Shown here piece after piece: positions 1-9,251 of a stretch of 64,000 nucleotides of DNA. The stretch is from contig PFRZ01000009.1 of assembly GCA_002788805.1 (NCBI GenBank), forward strand, positions 1,464 to 65,463, in the 5' to 3' direction. The notes below the pieces were generated by a model. That model was given only the letters and a program-made list of their open reading frames with translations, searched no databases and had not been told where the DNA came from. The position numbers and the translations under genes are program-made. Source of the DNA: Candidatus Roizmanbacteria bacterium CG_4_9_14_0_2_um_filter_35_15 (lineage in GTDB: Bacteria; Patescibacteriota; Microgenomatia; UBA1406; GWC2-37-13). Numbering within the stretch: the stretch's first letter is position 1; each line of letters starts with the position of its first letter.

Positions 1-182
1 AAGGCAATCGGCAACAAAATTTTCAATCTCCTAAAAACCAATTTTTTCGAAGGAGTCAACCATAAAAAAATAAACAATATAAACAATAATCCAGTTAAAA
101 ACAAATATTTTTTTATATTGAGTATTGCTATCGTAAAAACAAGTAAAAAAATAATTTTTAAACTGGCAAAAAAAATTTTCAT
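1..182 (-). CDS. Probable ECF transporter transmembrane component EcfT (5' part; runs off the window start)
   Basis: Manual translation from ATG at 182 (ATGA overlap with the ATPase stop): MKIFFASLKIIFLLVFTIAIL..., hydrophobic and open to position 1; follows ECF S and ATPase genes. Confidence 0.65.
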   Translation of the reverse strand, partial: MKIFFASLKIIFLLVFTIAILNIKKYLFLTGLLFILFIFLWLTPSKKLVFRRLKILLPIA

Positions 183-934
183 AGTTCGAGACGGGGAATT
201 TTTATTCCAATCTGTTCTAATTTTTTTGTTTCGGAGAGAACGGCTTTGGTTTTTCCTTTTAAAGCAATCCGACCCTGATTTAGAACAATTGTTTGATCAG
301 TATATTCATTAAGAAAGTCAGTATCATGCTCGACGACAATAATGGTTTTTCCTTGTTGATTAAGAGATTTTAATAATTTATATAAATCAACAGTACTTTG
401 ATAATCAAGCATGGCAGTTGGTTCGTCAAGGACAATATAATCTGAATCTTGGGCCAAGACGGCCGCTAGGCAAATTTTTTGTTTTTGACCGAAAGATAAA
501 GTTTGCGGATCGCGATTTTCGTAGCCAGACAGATTAATGATTTTTAATGCTTCTTTAATGCGTAAATTATGATTATTTAACTTAAGATTTTTAAGTCCAA
601 ACTCAATCTCTTCTTTGACCGTTAGATTGAAAAGCATAAAGTCAGGATTTTGGAAAATCATCCCAACAGATTTTGCAAAATAAGAAACTGGTTTTTCTTT
701 AGTATTGACGTTATCAAGATAAACATTACCTTTAAGAGTTCCTCTGATTTGATGAGGGATAAGACCATTGATTAATAGAGTTAAAGTAGTTTTACCACTG
801 CCATTAATGCCGGTGATACCACAGAAAATTCCTCTGGGAATATAAAGATTGATATTTTCTAATTGAAACAAGCCATTTTTGTGAGCAAAAGAAACATTAT
901 CAAAGATAATGCCATTTTTCATATATATTATCAA
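179..934 (-). CDS. ECF-type ABC transporter ATPase (EcfA/CbiO family); ATG start possibly 922
   Basis: Walker A GINGSGKTT, FQNPD Q-loop, LSFGQKQ signature, VLDEPT Walker B, VEHD. Confidence 0.92.
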   Translation of the reverse strand: MIIYMKNGIIFDNVSFAHKNGLFQLENINLYIPRGIFCGITGINGSGKTTLTLLINGLIPHQIRGTLKGNVYLDNVNTKEKPVSYFAKSVGMIFQNPDFMLFNLTVKEEIEFGLKNLKLNNHNLRIKEALKIINLSGYENRDPQTLSFGQKQKICLAAVLAQDSDYIVLDEPTAMLDYQSTVDLYKLLKSLNQQGKTIIVVEHDTDFLNEYTDQTIVLNQGRIALKGKTKAVLSETKKLEQIGIKIPRLEL

Positions 935-1494
935 CGGCGGAAACGATCAAGTTTAAATTTAAAAACTAAGATCCAGGCGACGACCACATCAATAATTCCC
1001 TGAACACTATTAAAAATAACAATAATATACCAAGGGATGATTACCATGGCTTTTGCTGATGTTAGTCCGGTCCAGATAGGTATGGCATAGTAGTAATTCA
1101 AAGGAATAACAAGAAAACACCTAATAACTAAAGCGATAATAACAGGAGCGATTAAATTGTGCGGTTTTCGATAATAAGAGAATGATTTTTTTAATACTAT
1201 AATCCATAAACCTAAAATTAGCCACATTGGAAAAGTCGCCGCCCATTTCATACTTGCTCCAAGCCAGGTGTCAGGAGCAAATAAAGTGATCACTAAAGCG
1301 CCAACAAGAGAGACAAGCGCTGACATTCTAAAGCCAAATAAAAAGAAAGCTATCATCCAACTAACAGCCACGATATCTATCCACATGCCAAACTGGGGTG
1401 ACTGATAACCGATATGAATAAGCTGAACTACAGCTGAAAAAGCTGAAAGACCAGCGGCAATCGTTAGTTGTCTAACGGAAAATTTTTTACTCAT
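931..1494 (-). CDS. ECF transporter S component, probably for riboflavin or a related compound
   Basis: 187-aa multi-TM protein, first gene of the S-A-T operon, directly downstream of an FMN-like riboswitch. Confidence 0.75.
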   Translation of the reverse strand: MSKKFSVRQLTIAAGLSAFSAVVQLIHIGYQSPQFGMWIDIVAVSWMIAFFLFGFRMSALVSLVGALVITLFAPDTWLGASMKWAATFPMWLILGLWIIVLKKSFSYYRKPHNLIAPVIIALVIRCFLVIPLNYYYAIPIWTGLTSAKAMVIIPWYIIVIFNSVQGIIDVVVAWILVFKFKLDRFRR

Positions 1495-1518
1495 AAAAAA
1501 TACCCCTTTCGGGGCATA
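1495..1518 (-). terminator. Intrinsic terminator (riboswitch expression platform)
   Basis: Minus strand TATGCCCC-GAAA-GGGGTA-TTTTTT immediately before the ATG at 1494. Confidence 0.7.
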
Positions 1519-1528
1519 ATAAATAATA

Positions 1529-1667
1529 TTCTTTCTTTCTTCCCGACTTTACCCCGCTGAGCGGGGTGAACGGTCGCTCCAGGAGTTTCGCCTGGTCGTG
1601 CCCGATTATTCACCGAGCTCGAAGAGTATACTTCCGATTGTGATTTTCACACTAACCCCGAAAGACT
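1529..1667 (-). ncRNA. FMN (RFN) riboswitch aptamer, variant
   Basis: Minus strand TCTTTCGGGG..GTGTGAAAATCAC..GGAAGTATACTCTTCGA..GACCAGGCGAAACTCCTGG..GACCG..TAAAGTCGGGAAGAAAGAAAGA follows the RFN P1-P6 layout; TATAAT at 1674-1679 just upstream. Confidence 0.8.
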
Positions 1668-1694
1668 AAGTTAATTATACATTAATTTTTTTTG

Positions 1695-2966
1695 TCAATA
1701 TAGTGCTTGAACTTGGTAGTTGGCTTTAGAATCAAAGACAAAGGCTTTATTAGGATAGTAGGGTAACGAGTTTATGGTTTGTTCTTTTTCGATGAGAATC
1801 TTTCCCACATAATCGGGAATATCATTATAATTTTTTCCCAAAAGATAGACGTTATTATTAGGAAAATAGTATTCGATGACAAAAAGATCAAGTTCGCTCG
1901 TCGCATATAACGAGTCATTTTTTTTAATAAGAGCTTTAATTTCATGGGCTGATTTTCTAAAATCAGCCTTCTGTCTTTTTTCTATTTGAAGTTTATTGTA
2001 ATTTAAAGTAATGACTACCAATAAAAAAATAATTAGCCAGCGGCAAATTTTTGGCAGATGTTCGATGACATGGATTATTAAAAGAATTAAACCAACAGTG
2101 GAGAAGATCAGATAACGAGGCAAAAATATTGGCTTGATAAAAGAAACAATAACAACCAATAAGGGAATTCCTATACTCCAGATAAAAAGATATTTAAATA
2201 ATTTAAATTGGCGTGGTTTCCTTTTTATAATAAGATAACCAGCGTAAAATAAAATAATCAATACTAAGGAAAGCCAACCGATTGATTTGCTGAAAAAGGT
2301 AAAAGTGCCTTCATAGCCGGTATAGATCTGACCGATAAAATTAATTAGTAACTTATAATCAAATCTCTTAATCCAAAAACTTCCGTTAACAATTCCTTTT
2401 TGAAAGAAAACCAACAAAAGCCAAGGAACAAAGCTTAGAAATGCTTTTAATTGACCTCTATTTTTATTAATAAAATAATGAGTTACTAATATTAAAATCA
2501 TAAAGTAATGAGTGTAAAGACCAAGAATAGTAGAGAAAAGGTAAAGCTTAGAGTTCTTTTTATAAAGAGAATAAAAAGATAGGGTAGCAAAAAAAGCAAA
2601 CATGAGATACATTCTTGCCTCAAAGGCATAATAGAGAAAAAGTGGATTAATAAGAAAAAACAGAAGATAAAAAAATGATTTTTTAAGACTAAATTTAAAA
2701 ATGTTAGATAAAAAAAGGTAAACCGCGTATAAGGTAGCCCAAAAGAAAATAAAAGATAGACTTCTTAAAGCTATTTCCGAGCTACCAAATATTTTTATCC
2801 AGTAATGAAGGATTAAATAATAAAGAGGCGGATTAAAGTCTTTGGCGGTGAGAATAATAATTTGAAAAATATTTTTTTTGGCAAGTAAGTAAGAAAATGC
2901 CTCGTCACGCCATAAAGATTGGACGAGAAAAGCAAGAGGAGTCTTAGTAAATAGCCAAGTGAACAT
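1695..2966 (-). CDS. GT-C fold membrane glycosyltransferase (PMT/ArnT-like)
   Basis: N-terminal SLWRDEA motif, NPPLYY, EARMY, many TM helices. Confidence 0.8.
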   Translation of the reverse strand: MFTWLFTKTPLAFLVQSLWRDEAFSYLLAKKNIFQIIILTAKDFNPPLYYLILHYWIKIFGSSEIALRSLSFIFFWATLYAVYLFLSNIFKFSLKKSFFYLLFFLINPLFLYYAFEARMYLMFAFFATLSFYSLYKKNSKLYLFSTILGLYTHYFMILILVTHYFINKNRGQLKAFLSFVPWLLLVFFQKGIVNGSFWIKRFDYKLLINFIGQIYTGYEGTFTFFSKSIGWLSLVLIILFYAGYLIIKRKPRQFKLFKYLFIWSIGIPLLVVIVSFIKPIFLPRYLIFSTVGLILLIIHVIEHLPKICRWLIIFLLVVITLNYNKLQIEKRQKADFRKSAHEIKALIKKNDSLYATSELDLFVIEYYFPNNNVYLLGKNYNDIPDYVGKILIEKEQTINSLPYYPNKAFVFDSKANYQVQALY

Positions 2967-2971
2967 AATTT

Positions 2972-3063
2972 AGTCTATAAAGTTTATAAAGTCTTTAAAG
3001 TTTATAAAGTACTTTTCTTTATAGACTTTACGACTTTATGACTTTACGAACTCTTTAGACTTT
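2972..3063. repeat. Family A (ATAAAGTY, 8-9-nt period) inverted array
   Basis: agtctataaagtttataaagtctttaaagtttataaagt followed by inverted ctttatagactttacgactttatgactttacg. Confidence 0.8.
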
Positions 3064-4536
3064 CTCCGTTACTCTATATTTTAGCTTTTTTCCCAATAAA
3101 ATTCTAGTATGAGCATCAAGGGCGGGAAGCGAGGAAAAAAAGAAAGAAACAATCGGCAAAAAATACCATTGAACAATGAGCATCGGTAGATAAAAAAGGC
3201 TGGTTTTCTGATTCACTTTACGACGGATTTGAATGTCTAAGTAAATATAAAGAATTAAAAATATTGTCGACAAGGTCAAGATTAAAGCTGAGGCTTTTGG
3301 CAGAATAAATCCAAGAACAGTTTTTTTAAAAATAGGATTGATTAAAGGAGGGACAGACGCAGAAAGAGTGAGAATAAAAAAAGACACTGGCCAGAATAAA
3401 TGGGTCTCGGCGATAAATAATAATTTTTTTAGTTTCGTTACTAAGTCAATATTTGGACTGTCAAAAATTTTTTTTAAAAAATAACCGACGTCAGATACAC
3501 CCCAAGCCCAACGTTTTTCTTGCTCATAGCGATTAATAAATGTCTTAAAAACAGTTCCAGAAAAAACCGCGTCGCTATTAACAATAGTAAAAAGAGGCAT
3601 AGTTTTAACCTGGTTGCCGAACTTAAAGAACGCCTGGAAAAAAACATGCCAGTCTTCAGGAATGATATCGACGTCCCAAAAGTTAATTGATTTTAATAGC
3701 CAAAAATTAGTTGAGTAGGTAGAGACCTGAATAAGATTTTCTTTTTGAGAAAGAAAAGCCATGCGCAAAATCGAAGAAAGAGTGGCTTGAATCCTAACAA
3801 AAAGAGGTAGTTTCCAGAAATTGTTATAAAGAAGAACTGGCGCCCAATAAAAATGATAAAGTCGATTTTTATCTCTAAGAAATTCAAAAGTGAGATAGGA
3901 GAAGTAATTCTTAGGAAGAGAACTATCAGCATCACAGATAGTTACTAAAGACAGTTTATCAGATAAGTTATTTTTCTTTAGGCACTGGTCAATGATTTTT
4001 GCGGCATAAGTTTGATTACTAGCTTTACCCGGCTCCTCATTGTCTTCAAGTGTATGATAGGTAATCAATATCTCTTTAAAGAATCTTTGGAATTTATTTT
4101 TTAAAAAAATTCCTTTTTCTCTTGCTTCTTTTTCTCTTTCCTCAAAAGCGAGAATTAAAAATATTTTCTTTTTTCTTGGATAGTTATTGTTAACTAGCGT
4201 TTTTATGGTTGACTGAAGCATATGGAGCGGTTCTTGATAGTTAGGAATAATAACGAAGTGATTAATGGCAGAAATTTTTTTATTTTTATTTATTTTTTTT
4301 TGATAATTGATTTTTTGATGATACTCTATTTCCTTAAAGGATAAAACCGCTGAGTAGGCAGTAATAATTGATTTATAAAAAAAATAAAGATCAAAGGCGA
4401 TGATAAAATAGGCGACGATTGCCGGATGAAAAGGCGAAAGCCAGAGTGGAAATGTGATTAAAATCCATGAACCAATCGGGACAACAATTTCCAGCAGTCT
4501 TTGAAAAAGTCTCGACCCAATAATCCGTTTTGTCAT
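3055..4536 (-). CDS. Membrane-bound GT2 glycosyltransferase
   Basis: IIPNYQE, GKASN, DADS, PEDW and QEKRW (QxxRW) motifs with flanking TMs. Confidence 0.85.
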   Translation of the reverse strand: MTKRIIGSRLFQRLLEIVVPIGSWILITFPLWLSPFHPAIVAYFIIAFDLYFFYKSIITAYSAVLSFKEIEYHQKINYQKKINKNKKISAINHFVIIPNYQEPLHMLQSTIKTLVNNNYPRKKKIFLILAFEEREKEAREKGIFLKNKFQRFFKEILITYHTLEDNEEPGKASNQTYAAKIIDQCLKKNNLSDKLSLVTICDADSSLPKNYFSYLTFEFLRDKNRLYHFYWAPVLLYNNFWKLPLFVRIQATLSSILRMAFLSQKENLIQVSTYSTNFWLLKSINFWDVDIIPEDWHVFFQAFFKFGNQVKTMPLFTIVNSDAVFSGTVFKTFINRYEQEKRWAWGVSDVGYFLKKIFDSPNIDLVTKLKKLLFIAETHLFWPVSFFILTLSASVPPLINPIFKKTVLGFILPKASALILTLSTIFLILYIYLDIQIRRKVNQKTSLFYLPMLIVQWYFLPIVSFFFSSLPALDAHTRILLGKKLKYRVTEKV

Positions 4537-4574
4537 GAAGATATTATACTACAGAGTTCAATTCTTAAGTTTAA

Positions 4575-4595
4575 AACTCACGCCGGGGGTGAGTT
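4575..4595. repeat. REP-like palindrome, copy 1
   Basis: aactcacgccgggggtgagtt; shares 15 exact nt (cacgccgggggtgag) with 6146-6160. Confidence 0.75.
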
Positions 4596-5285
4596 ACTAA
4601 ATTCTTTTTTTCCAAAAAATAAAAATAGCTTGATGAGATTAATCAATCCAATAGAAAAAATGTCAGTCATTTTTTTCCTATGATATTTAAGATCTGTACT
4701 AAGACCCCATTTCCAATGAGTATTAATGCCAGAATGAGGAAAGCACAAAACATTCTTTTTATTTTTTAACATAAATAGGTTAATCTTTGATTCCAATTCC
4801 CATCCTTTAGTTGAATTATTGAGTATAGTAAGTAAGTGATTTTTTTTGATAATTCTTTCACCAGTTGCTAAAACATCACCTCGAGTAAGCTTTACAAATA
4901 ATGGTGCTTTAATTCTTCGTAAAATTAACATATCAATGTCTGGATTTTGTTGGATAATTTTTATAGCTTCTTCAATTTCACTATGATTTAAATTACGAAG
5001 ATCAGCATCTAATAATAGAATTAGACTACCTTGAGTATATTTTAACCCTTCAAAAATAGCATTTGATTTACCAACGTTTTGTTTTAAACGAATATATTCA
5101 ATTTTTGAATAACGTTTTCTTATATTATTTGATTTGTTTTTGTCAGATGCATCATCGATACAAATCACCTCAAATATATTCTTAACTTTGATCACTTCAT
5201 CTAATACTTTATAAAGACGCTCTCCTTCATTCCAAAAAGGAATAATACAGGACACTTTATTTTTTGAATCTTTATTTCGAATCAT
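4578..5285 (-). CDS. GT2 family glycosyltransferase (possible REP-bounded passenger)
   Basis: SCIIPFWNE, IDDAS, GKS, LLDADL; ATG at 5285 preceded by TATAAT; stop codon lies inside REP copy 1. Confidence 0.85.
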   Translation of the reverse strand: MIRNKDSKNKVSCIIPFWNEGERLYKVLDEVIKVKNIFEVICIDDASDKNKSNNIRKRYSKIEYIRLKQNVGKSNAIFEGLKYTQGSLILLLDADLRNLNHSEIEEAIKIIQQNPDIDMLILRRIKAPLFVKLTRGDVLATGERIIKKNHLLTILNNSTKGWELESKINLFMLKNKKNVLCFPHSGINTHWKWGLSTDLKYHRKKMTDIFSIGLINLIKLFLFFGKKEFSNSPPA

Positions 5286-5306
5286 ACATAGATTATACAA
5301 TATTAA

Positions 5307-5326
5307 AAACCTCACCCCCGGAGTGA
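5307..5326. repeat. REP-like palindrome, copy 2 (inverted)
   Basis: aaacctcacccccggagtga; reverse complement tcactccgggggtgaggttt matches copy 3. Confidence 0.75.
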
Positions 5327-5336
5327 TGGATAGGCT

Positions 5337-6014
5337 TTACCAACGATCTATATGCTTAATATGTTCTAATGATTTTTGATAATCAGCGTTATCAAATACA
5401 AATTTTTTGTAGCGAAGTTTATCGTTATTAAAAAGGCCTAATATAAAATCTGGATTGCTCAGTTTTTGAGAACTATTTGGAAAATATTCTTTAAAAGATG
5501 ACCACGGGTAGTTTTCTAATTTATCTATACTTTTAATTAATCCGTCAGAATAAGGATTGAGATGAATGTAACGAGATACATGTTTTAACTGTTCCTCGCT
5601 TTTTATTAACACGGCTTTAAATCTAGGAAGAAATATGGGTCCCTTTCTTTCGAATTTTATATTGAAATATCTCGTAAAGGAATTTAAAGTATCACCAATA
5701 AATTTACTAATACCATTTTCGCTTAATTGTTTTAAGAGAAAATGAAAATGCGTTTGCATTAAACAGTAACTTAAAATTTCTACTTTAAAATAAGCCGAAA
5801 TAAGAATTTCTTTTAAGATTAAGTTTTTGTTTATGTCTATTAGTCTTTTATAGTCAGAAAATCTTAATCGAGCTTTTAATGATCGATAATATCGAGATAT
5901 CTCCAAAAACGTGGAAGGCAAATGATTATTAGTAAATATTTGTTTTGACTCTATAGTTTTATTAAAAACATGATAATATTCTCCGTTGATAAAATTTATT
6001 CTTCTTTTCGGCAT
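5337..6014 (-). mobile_element. REP-associated tyrosine transposase (RAYT, HUH/Y1 family)
   Basis: YYHVFNK, YCLMQTHFHFLL (HUH), RYIHLNP, YPWSS motifs; flanked by inverted REP-like palindromes. Confidence 0.9.
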
Positions 6015-6122
6015 ATATAGAAGTATTTTGAAGGCTTTATTTATTTTTGTCTATAGACTATATGCTACAAAATATATATTTTAGATTGTTAATACAAGAT
6101 TATTTTATCAATATACTATCAT

Positions 6123-6164
6123 TCATACCGGGAATGAGAGAATCGCACGCCGGGGGTGAGGTTT
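6123..6164. repeat. REP-like palindrome, copy 3, plus a degenerate neighbour
   Basis: cacgccgggggtgaggttt at 6146-6164 and tcataccgggaatga at 6123-6137. Confidence 0.7.
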
Positions 6165-6167
6165 GGA

Positions 6168-9101
6168 TTACTGCCAGGCTTCGCAGATGATTTTATATGG
6201 ACAGAAATCACACCAACGACCGACTTTGGGATTAAAACCATTGGTTCTTATTTGAGCGATGACTTTTTCAATATCAGCCTTAGCCGATTTTAAATCCTCG
6301 CTGGTTTTCGTGAGAGAAACTTTTTCCATTGCTTGAAGATAATAAAAAGTCAGTTTCACCTGATCAAGTTTTTTCTTATATAGACCTTTGTCAGTGGCCG
6401 CTAAAGCATAAATGGTTAGTTGCCAATCTTTTTTCAGTTTTTTTCCCTCTGGTTTTTTCCCGGTTTTATAATCGATAATTTCAATTTGATTATTTGCTAA
6501 ACGGTCAACTCGATCAATTTTTCCAGTCAGATAGATATCGTTGGTCAGTTTGATTTTAAAGAGCTTTTCCAAATCAATCGTGACAACACTTTTTTTATGG
6601 AATTTTTCTAAATAAGTTTTCAGAATTGTTTCCCCTTCTTTTTTCATTCTTATCTCATGAGATGAGGAAACATAGCCCAAAGGAATCCAGTTCTGCTGAT
6701 AAATCTCTAAAATTTCTTTAGCGCCAATATTTTTATTTTGGAGAAATTCTTGATAAAACTTTTGTAATGTTTTATGAATAGTATTACCAAAAGAAAGAGC
6801 GGCTGAAGGCGTGGTTGGCACCCGTAAAAGATACTGATATTTATATTGAAGCGGACAAAGCTGGTAACTTTGCAGTTGACTATAAGAAAAATTAGAGAGA
6901 ATAAACTTATTTTTGACGATTCTTTCCGGAACTTTTTTATAATCAAAAATTGACAGCTGTTGTTTTTCCTCTTTTTTTAAAGAGGCAACTTTTTTTATCA
7001 TTTCTTCGCCTACGGCTTCGTTGACAAAAGGAGAAAGTTTCTGTTCTCTTTTTCCTTCTCCATAAAACTTAGATGCCGTAAAGAAAGCTTTATCTTTAGC
7101 CCTAGTTATTCCTACATAAAAAAGCCGCCTTTCTTCTTCTTGGTGATAATCGCCTTCTGGCAAAATTTCTTTTATTAAAGGCTGAGGAATAGGAATTATC
7201 TCTCTTTTTTCATAGGTGGGAAAGCGGCCACGGGTTAGATTAACAAGAAAAACCAGCGGAAACTCCAGGCCTTTCGAAGAATGAACTGTTAAAAGGTTGA
7301 CAGCATTATATGAGCTAATATCGGTTTGGCTGACAATCGGCGATTCACCCAGTTCAAGACTCATATCAAGATAGTCAACTACAGCAAAAACCGAAGCATC
7401 CTCGTGTTCTGACTCATAAGCCTTCAGTTTGTTAAAAAATTTTGAGATGTTGAGAGCGATTTTTTCTTCTCGTTCGCTCTTGTAGTTAACCAGTTTGGGA
7501 AGATATTGGGAGTCTTCAAGAAAATAAAAGAGGATTTGACCGGCAGTTTCTTTTTTGATTAAAGATAGATGGCGGACAATCATCTTGAAAATTAACGATA
7601 ATTTTTTTCTTGTTTCTTGTTTGAGAAAAGGCAGATAATTTTTATAGATCGAAAAATCAGTTTGATAATAGTCCTTTTCATAAAAACTAAGATAAATTTC
7701 CATTGACTTAAAAAGAGATAGATTAGTTCTTTTACCAAAAGATAGTAAAAAACTTAGATCTTTTTCATCTAAAGAAAAGATATTCATTGCTAAAACGCGG
7801 TATAAAGAAGTCGAGTCTTCAAGATCAGCGAGAGTTTTAAGATAGGCAATTAAGTCTTTAACCTCTGGTTGTTTTAAAAGCATGCCCGGCCCCAAAAACT
7901 GATAAGGAATACCTTTTCTGGCGAAACTTCTGATAAATGGCTCGGAGTGAGCATTGGCACGGGTGAGGATAGCGAAGTCGGAAAATCGATAGAATTTAGA
8001 TAGCTTTAAAATTTCGTTAGCGACGTAGTCAGCCTCTTCTTCGACAGATTGAGATAGATAGAGAGTTATTGGTGATTGGTTACTAGTTATTAGTGACTGG
8101 TTATTGGCGATGAGCTTTTTAGAAATTCCCAGTTTGGCTTCCAGAGTGTCTGGGTCATTGTGTTTAATCAGTCGGTAGGCGGTGTCAAGAATTAGTTGAT
8201 TGGAACGATAGTTTTTTAATAGGGTAATCTGTTTGGCTTGGGAATAGTCTTTCATAAAGGTCAAAATATTGGAGACCGAGGCGCCACGGAATTTGTAGAT
8301 CGCTTGGGAATCATCTCCGACAACAGTAAGGAAAGGATTCTTTTTTGGGAGACAGAGCAGTTTGATTAGTTCGTATTGAGCAATATTAGTATCTTGAAAT
8401 TCGTCAATTAAAACATAGTGGAACTGTTGCCGGTATTTTTTTAAGAGATTGTTTCTTGTTCTAAAAAGCTTGAGTAGATAATAAATCAGATCAGAGAAAT
8501 CCATCAGTCCTTCTTTTTCTTTTAGTGTTTGATATCTGTGGTAGGCTTTTGCCAGCTCTACATTTTTTTCTAACTCGGTTTTATCTTCTTCATTTTTGAT
8601 TTTTGATTTTTGATTTTTAATATATTTATCGTATTCTTCCGGCGACACATCCTCATCTTTAATTCTTGAGAAATGCTGTAAAAGACTAGCTAAAAATTTA
8701 TTGGGATTACCTAAGGGACGGAAGTAGTTTAGATCAAAGAGAAATAAGTTCTGCCGAAGAAAGATAATTGTCTCTGCTTCGGTCATCAGACGGAAACCGG
8801 AGTTAAGGCCAATATGATGAACTTCTTGCTTAAGGACATCATTAGCAAAAGAATGAAAGGTAGAAATCCACATCTGAAAATAGCCATAGGGTATCGCTTT
8901 ATCAACTCTTTTCTCCATTTCTGATGCTGCTTTTTCTGTAAAAGTGAGAGCAAGAATTTCTTCGGGCCTAGCAAGGTTTTTTTGAATTAAGTATTTGATT
9001 TTTTCAGTAATGACAGTGGTTTTTCCCGTGCCTGCTCCGGCAACAATCAGAAGCGGTCCTTGATTATATTCCACCGCCTGTTTTTGTTCGTTATTTAACA
9101 T
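6168..9101 (-). CDS. UvrD/PcrA-type SF1 helicase fused to a C-terminal PD-(D/E)XK nuclease with 4-Cys Fe-S staple (AdnAB/AddAB-like)
   Basis: AGAGTGKT, DEFQD, VGDDSQAIY, TVHSSKGLEF, EERRLFYVGITRA; C-terminal LCP..GKIDRVD..IIDYKTG..QLTIYA..CDFCPYKIIC. Confidence 0.9.
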   Translation of the reverse strand: MLNNEQKQAVEYNQGPLLIVAGAGTGKTTVITEKIKYLIQKNLARPEEILALTFTEKAASEMEKRVDKAIPYGYFQMWISTFHSFANDVLKQEVHHIGLNSGFRLMTEAETIIFLRQNLFLFDLNYFRPLGNPNKFLASLLQHFSRIKDEDVSPEEYDKYIKNQKSKIKNEEDKTELEKNVELAKAYHRYQTLKEKEGLMDFSDLIYYLLKLFRTRNNLLKKYRQQFHYVLIDEFQDTNIAQYELIKLLCLPKKNPFLTVVGDDSQAIYKFRGASVSNILTFMKDYSQAKQITLLKNYRSNQLILDTAYRLIKHNDPDTLEAKLGISKKLIANNQSLITSNQSPITLYLSQSVEEEADYVANEILKLSKFYRFSDFAILTRANAHSEPFIRSFARKGIPYQFLGPGMLLKQPEVKDLIAYLKTLADLEDSTSLYRVLAMNIFSLDEKDLSFLLSFGKRTNLSLFKSMEIYLSFYEKDYYQTDFSIYKNYLPFLKQETRKKLSLIFKMIVRHLSLIKKETAGQILFYFLEDSQYLPKLVNYKSEREEKIALNISKFFNKLKAYESEHEDASVFAVVDYLDMSLELGESPIVSQTDISSYNAVNLLTVHSSKGLEFPLVFLVNLTRGRFPTYEKREIIPIPQPLIKEILPEGDYHQEEERRLFYVGITRAKDKAFFTASKFYGEGKREQKLSPFVNEAVGEEMIKKVASLKKEEKQQLSIFDYKKVPERIVKNKFILSNFSYSQLQSYQLCPLQYKYQYLLRVPTTPSAALSFGNTIHKTLQKFYQEFLQNKNIGAKEILEIYQQNWIPLGYVSSSHEIRMKKEGETILKTYLEKFHKKSVVTIDLEKLFKIKLTNDIYLTGKIDRVDRLANNQIEIIDYKTGKKPEGKKLKKDWQLTIYALAATDKGLYKKKLDQVKLTFYYLQAMEKVSLTKTSEDLKSAKADIEKVIAQIRTNGFNPKVGRWCDFCPYKIICEAWQ

Positions 9102-9150
9102 TTATGATTATTTTAACATTTTTATAAAAAATATCCTTGACAGTATCCCC

Positions 9151-9179
9151 TTGACTTTTTTGTGATTTACCGTTATTAT
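9151..9179 (+). promoter_or_regulatory. Sigma70-type promoter for tuf
   Basis: TTGACT-17 nt-TATTAT. Confidence 0.55.
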
Positions 9180-9251
9180 AAAAATGAAATAATTTAAAAG
9201 CCTTCATAAAAATAGGCTTGCTTTATTTTATTATTAATTTTATTAACTATT

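Noticed and set aside
1674..1698. Full TTGACA/TATAAT promoter for the riboswitch
   Set aside because: The spacer is only 13 nt, so only the -10 box is credible
6168..9101. Helicase-nuclease fusion as a defence system or Cas4-linked module
   Set aside because: It fits an AdnAB/AddAB-like repair enzyme, and no defence or cas genes are adjacent
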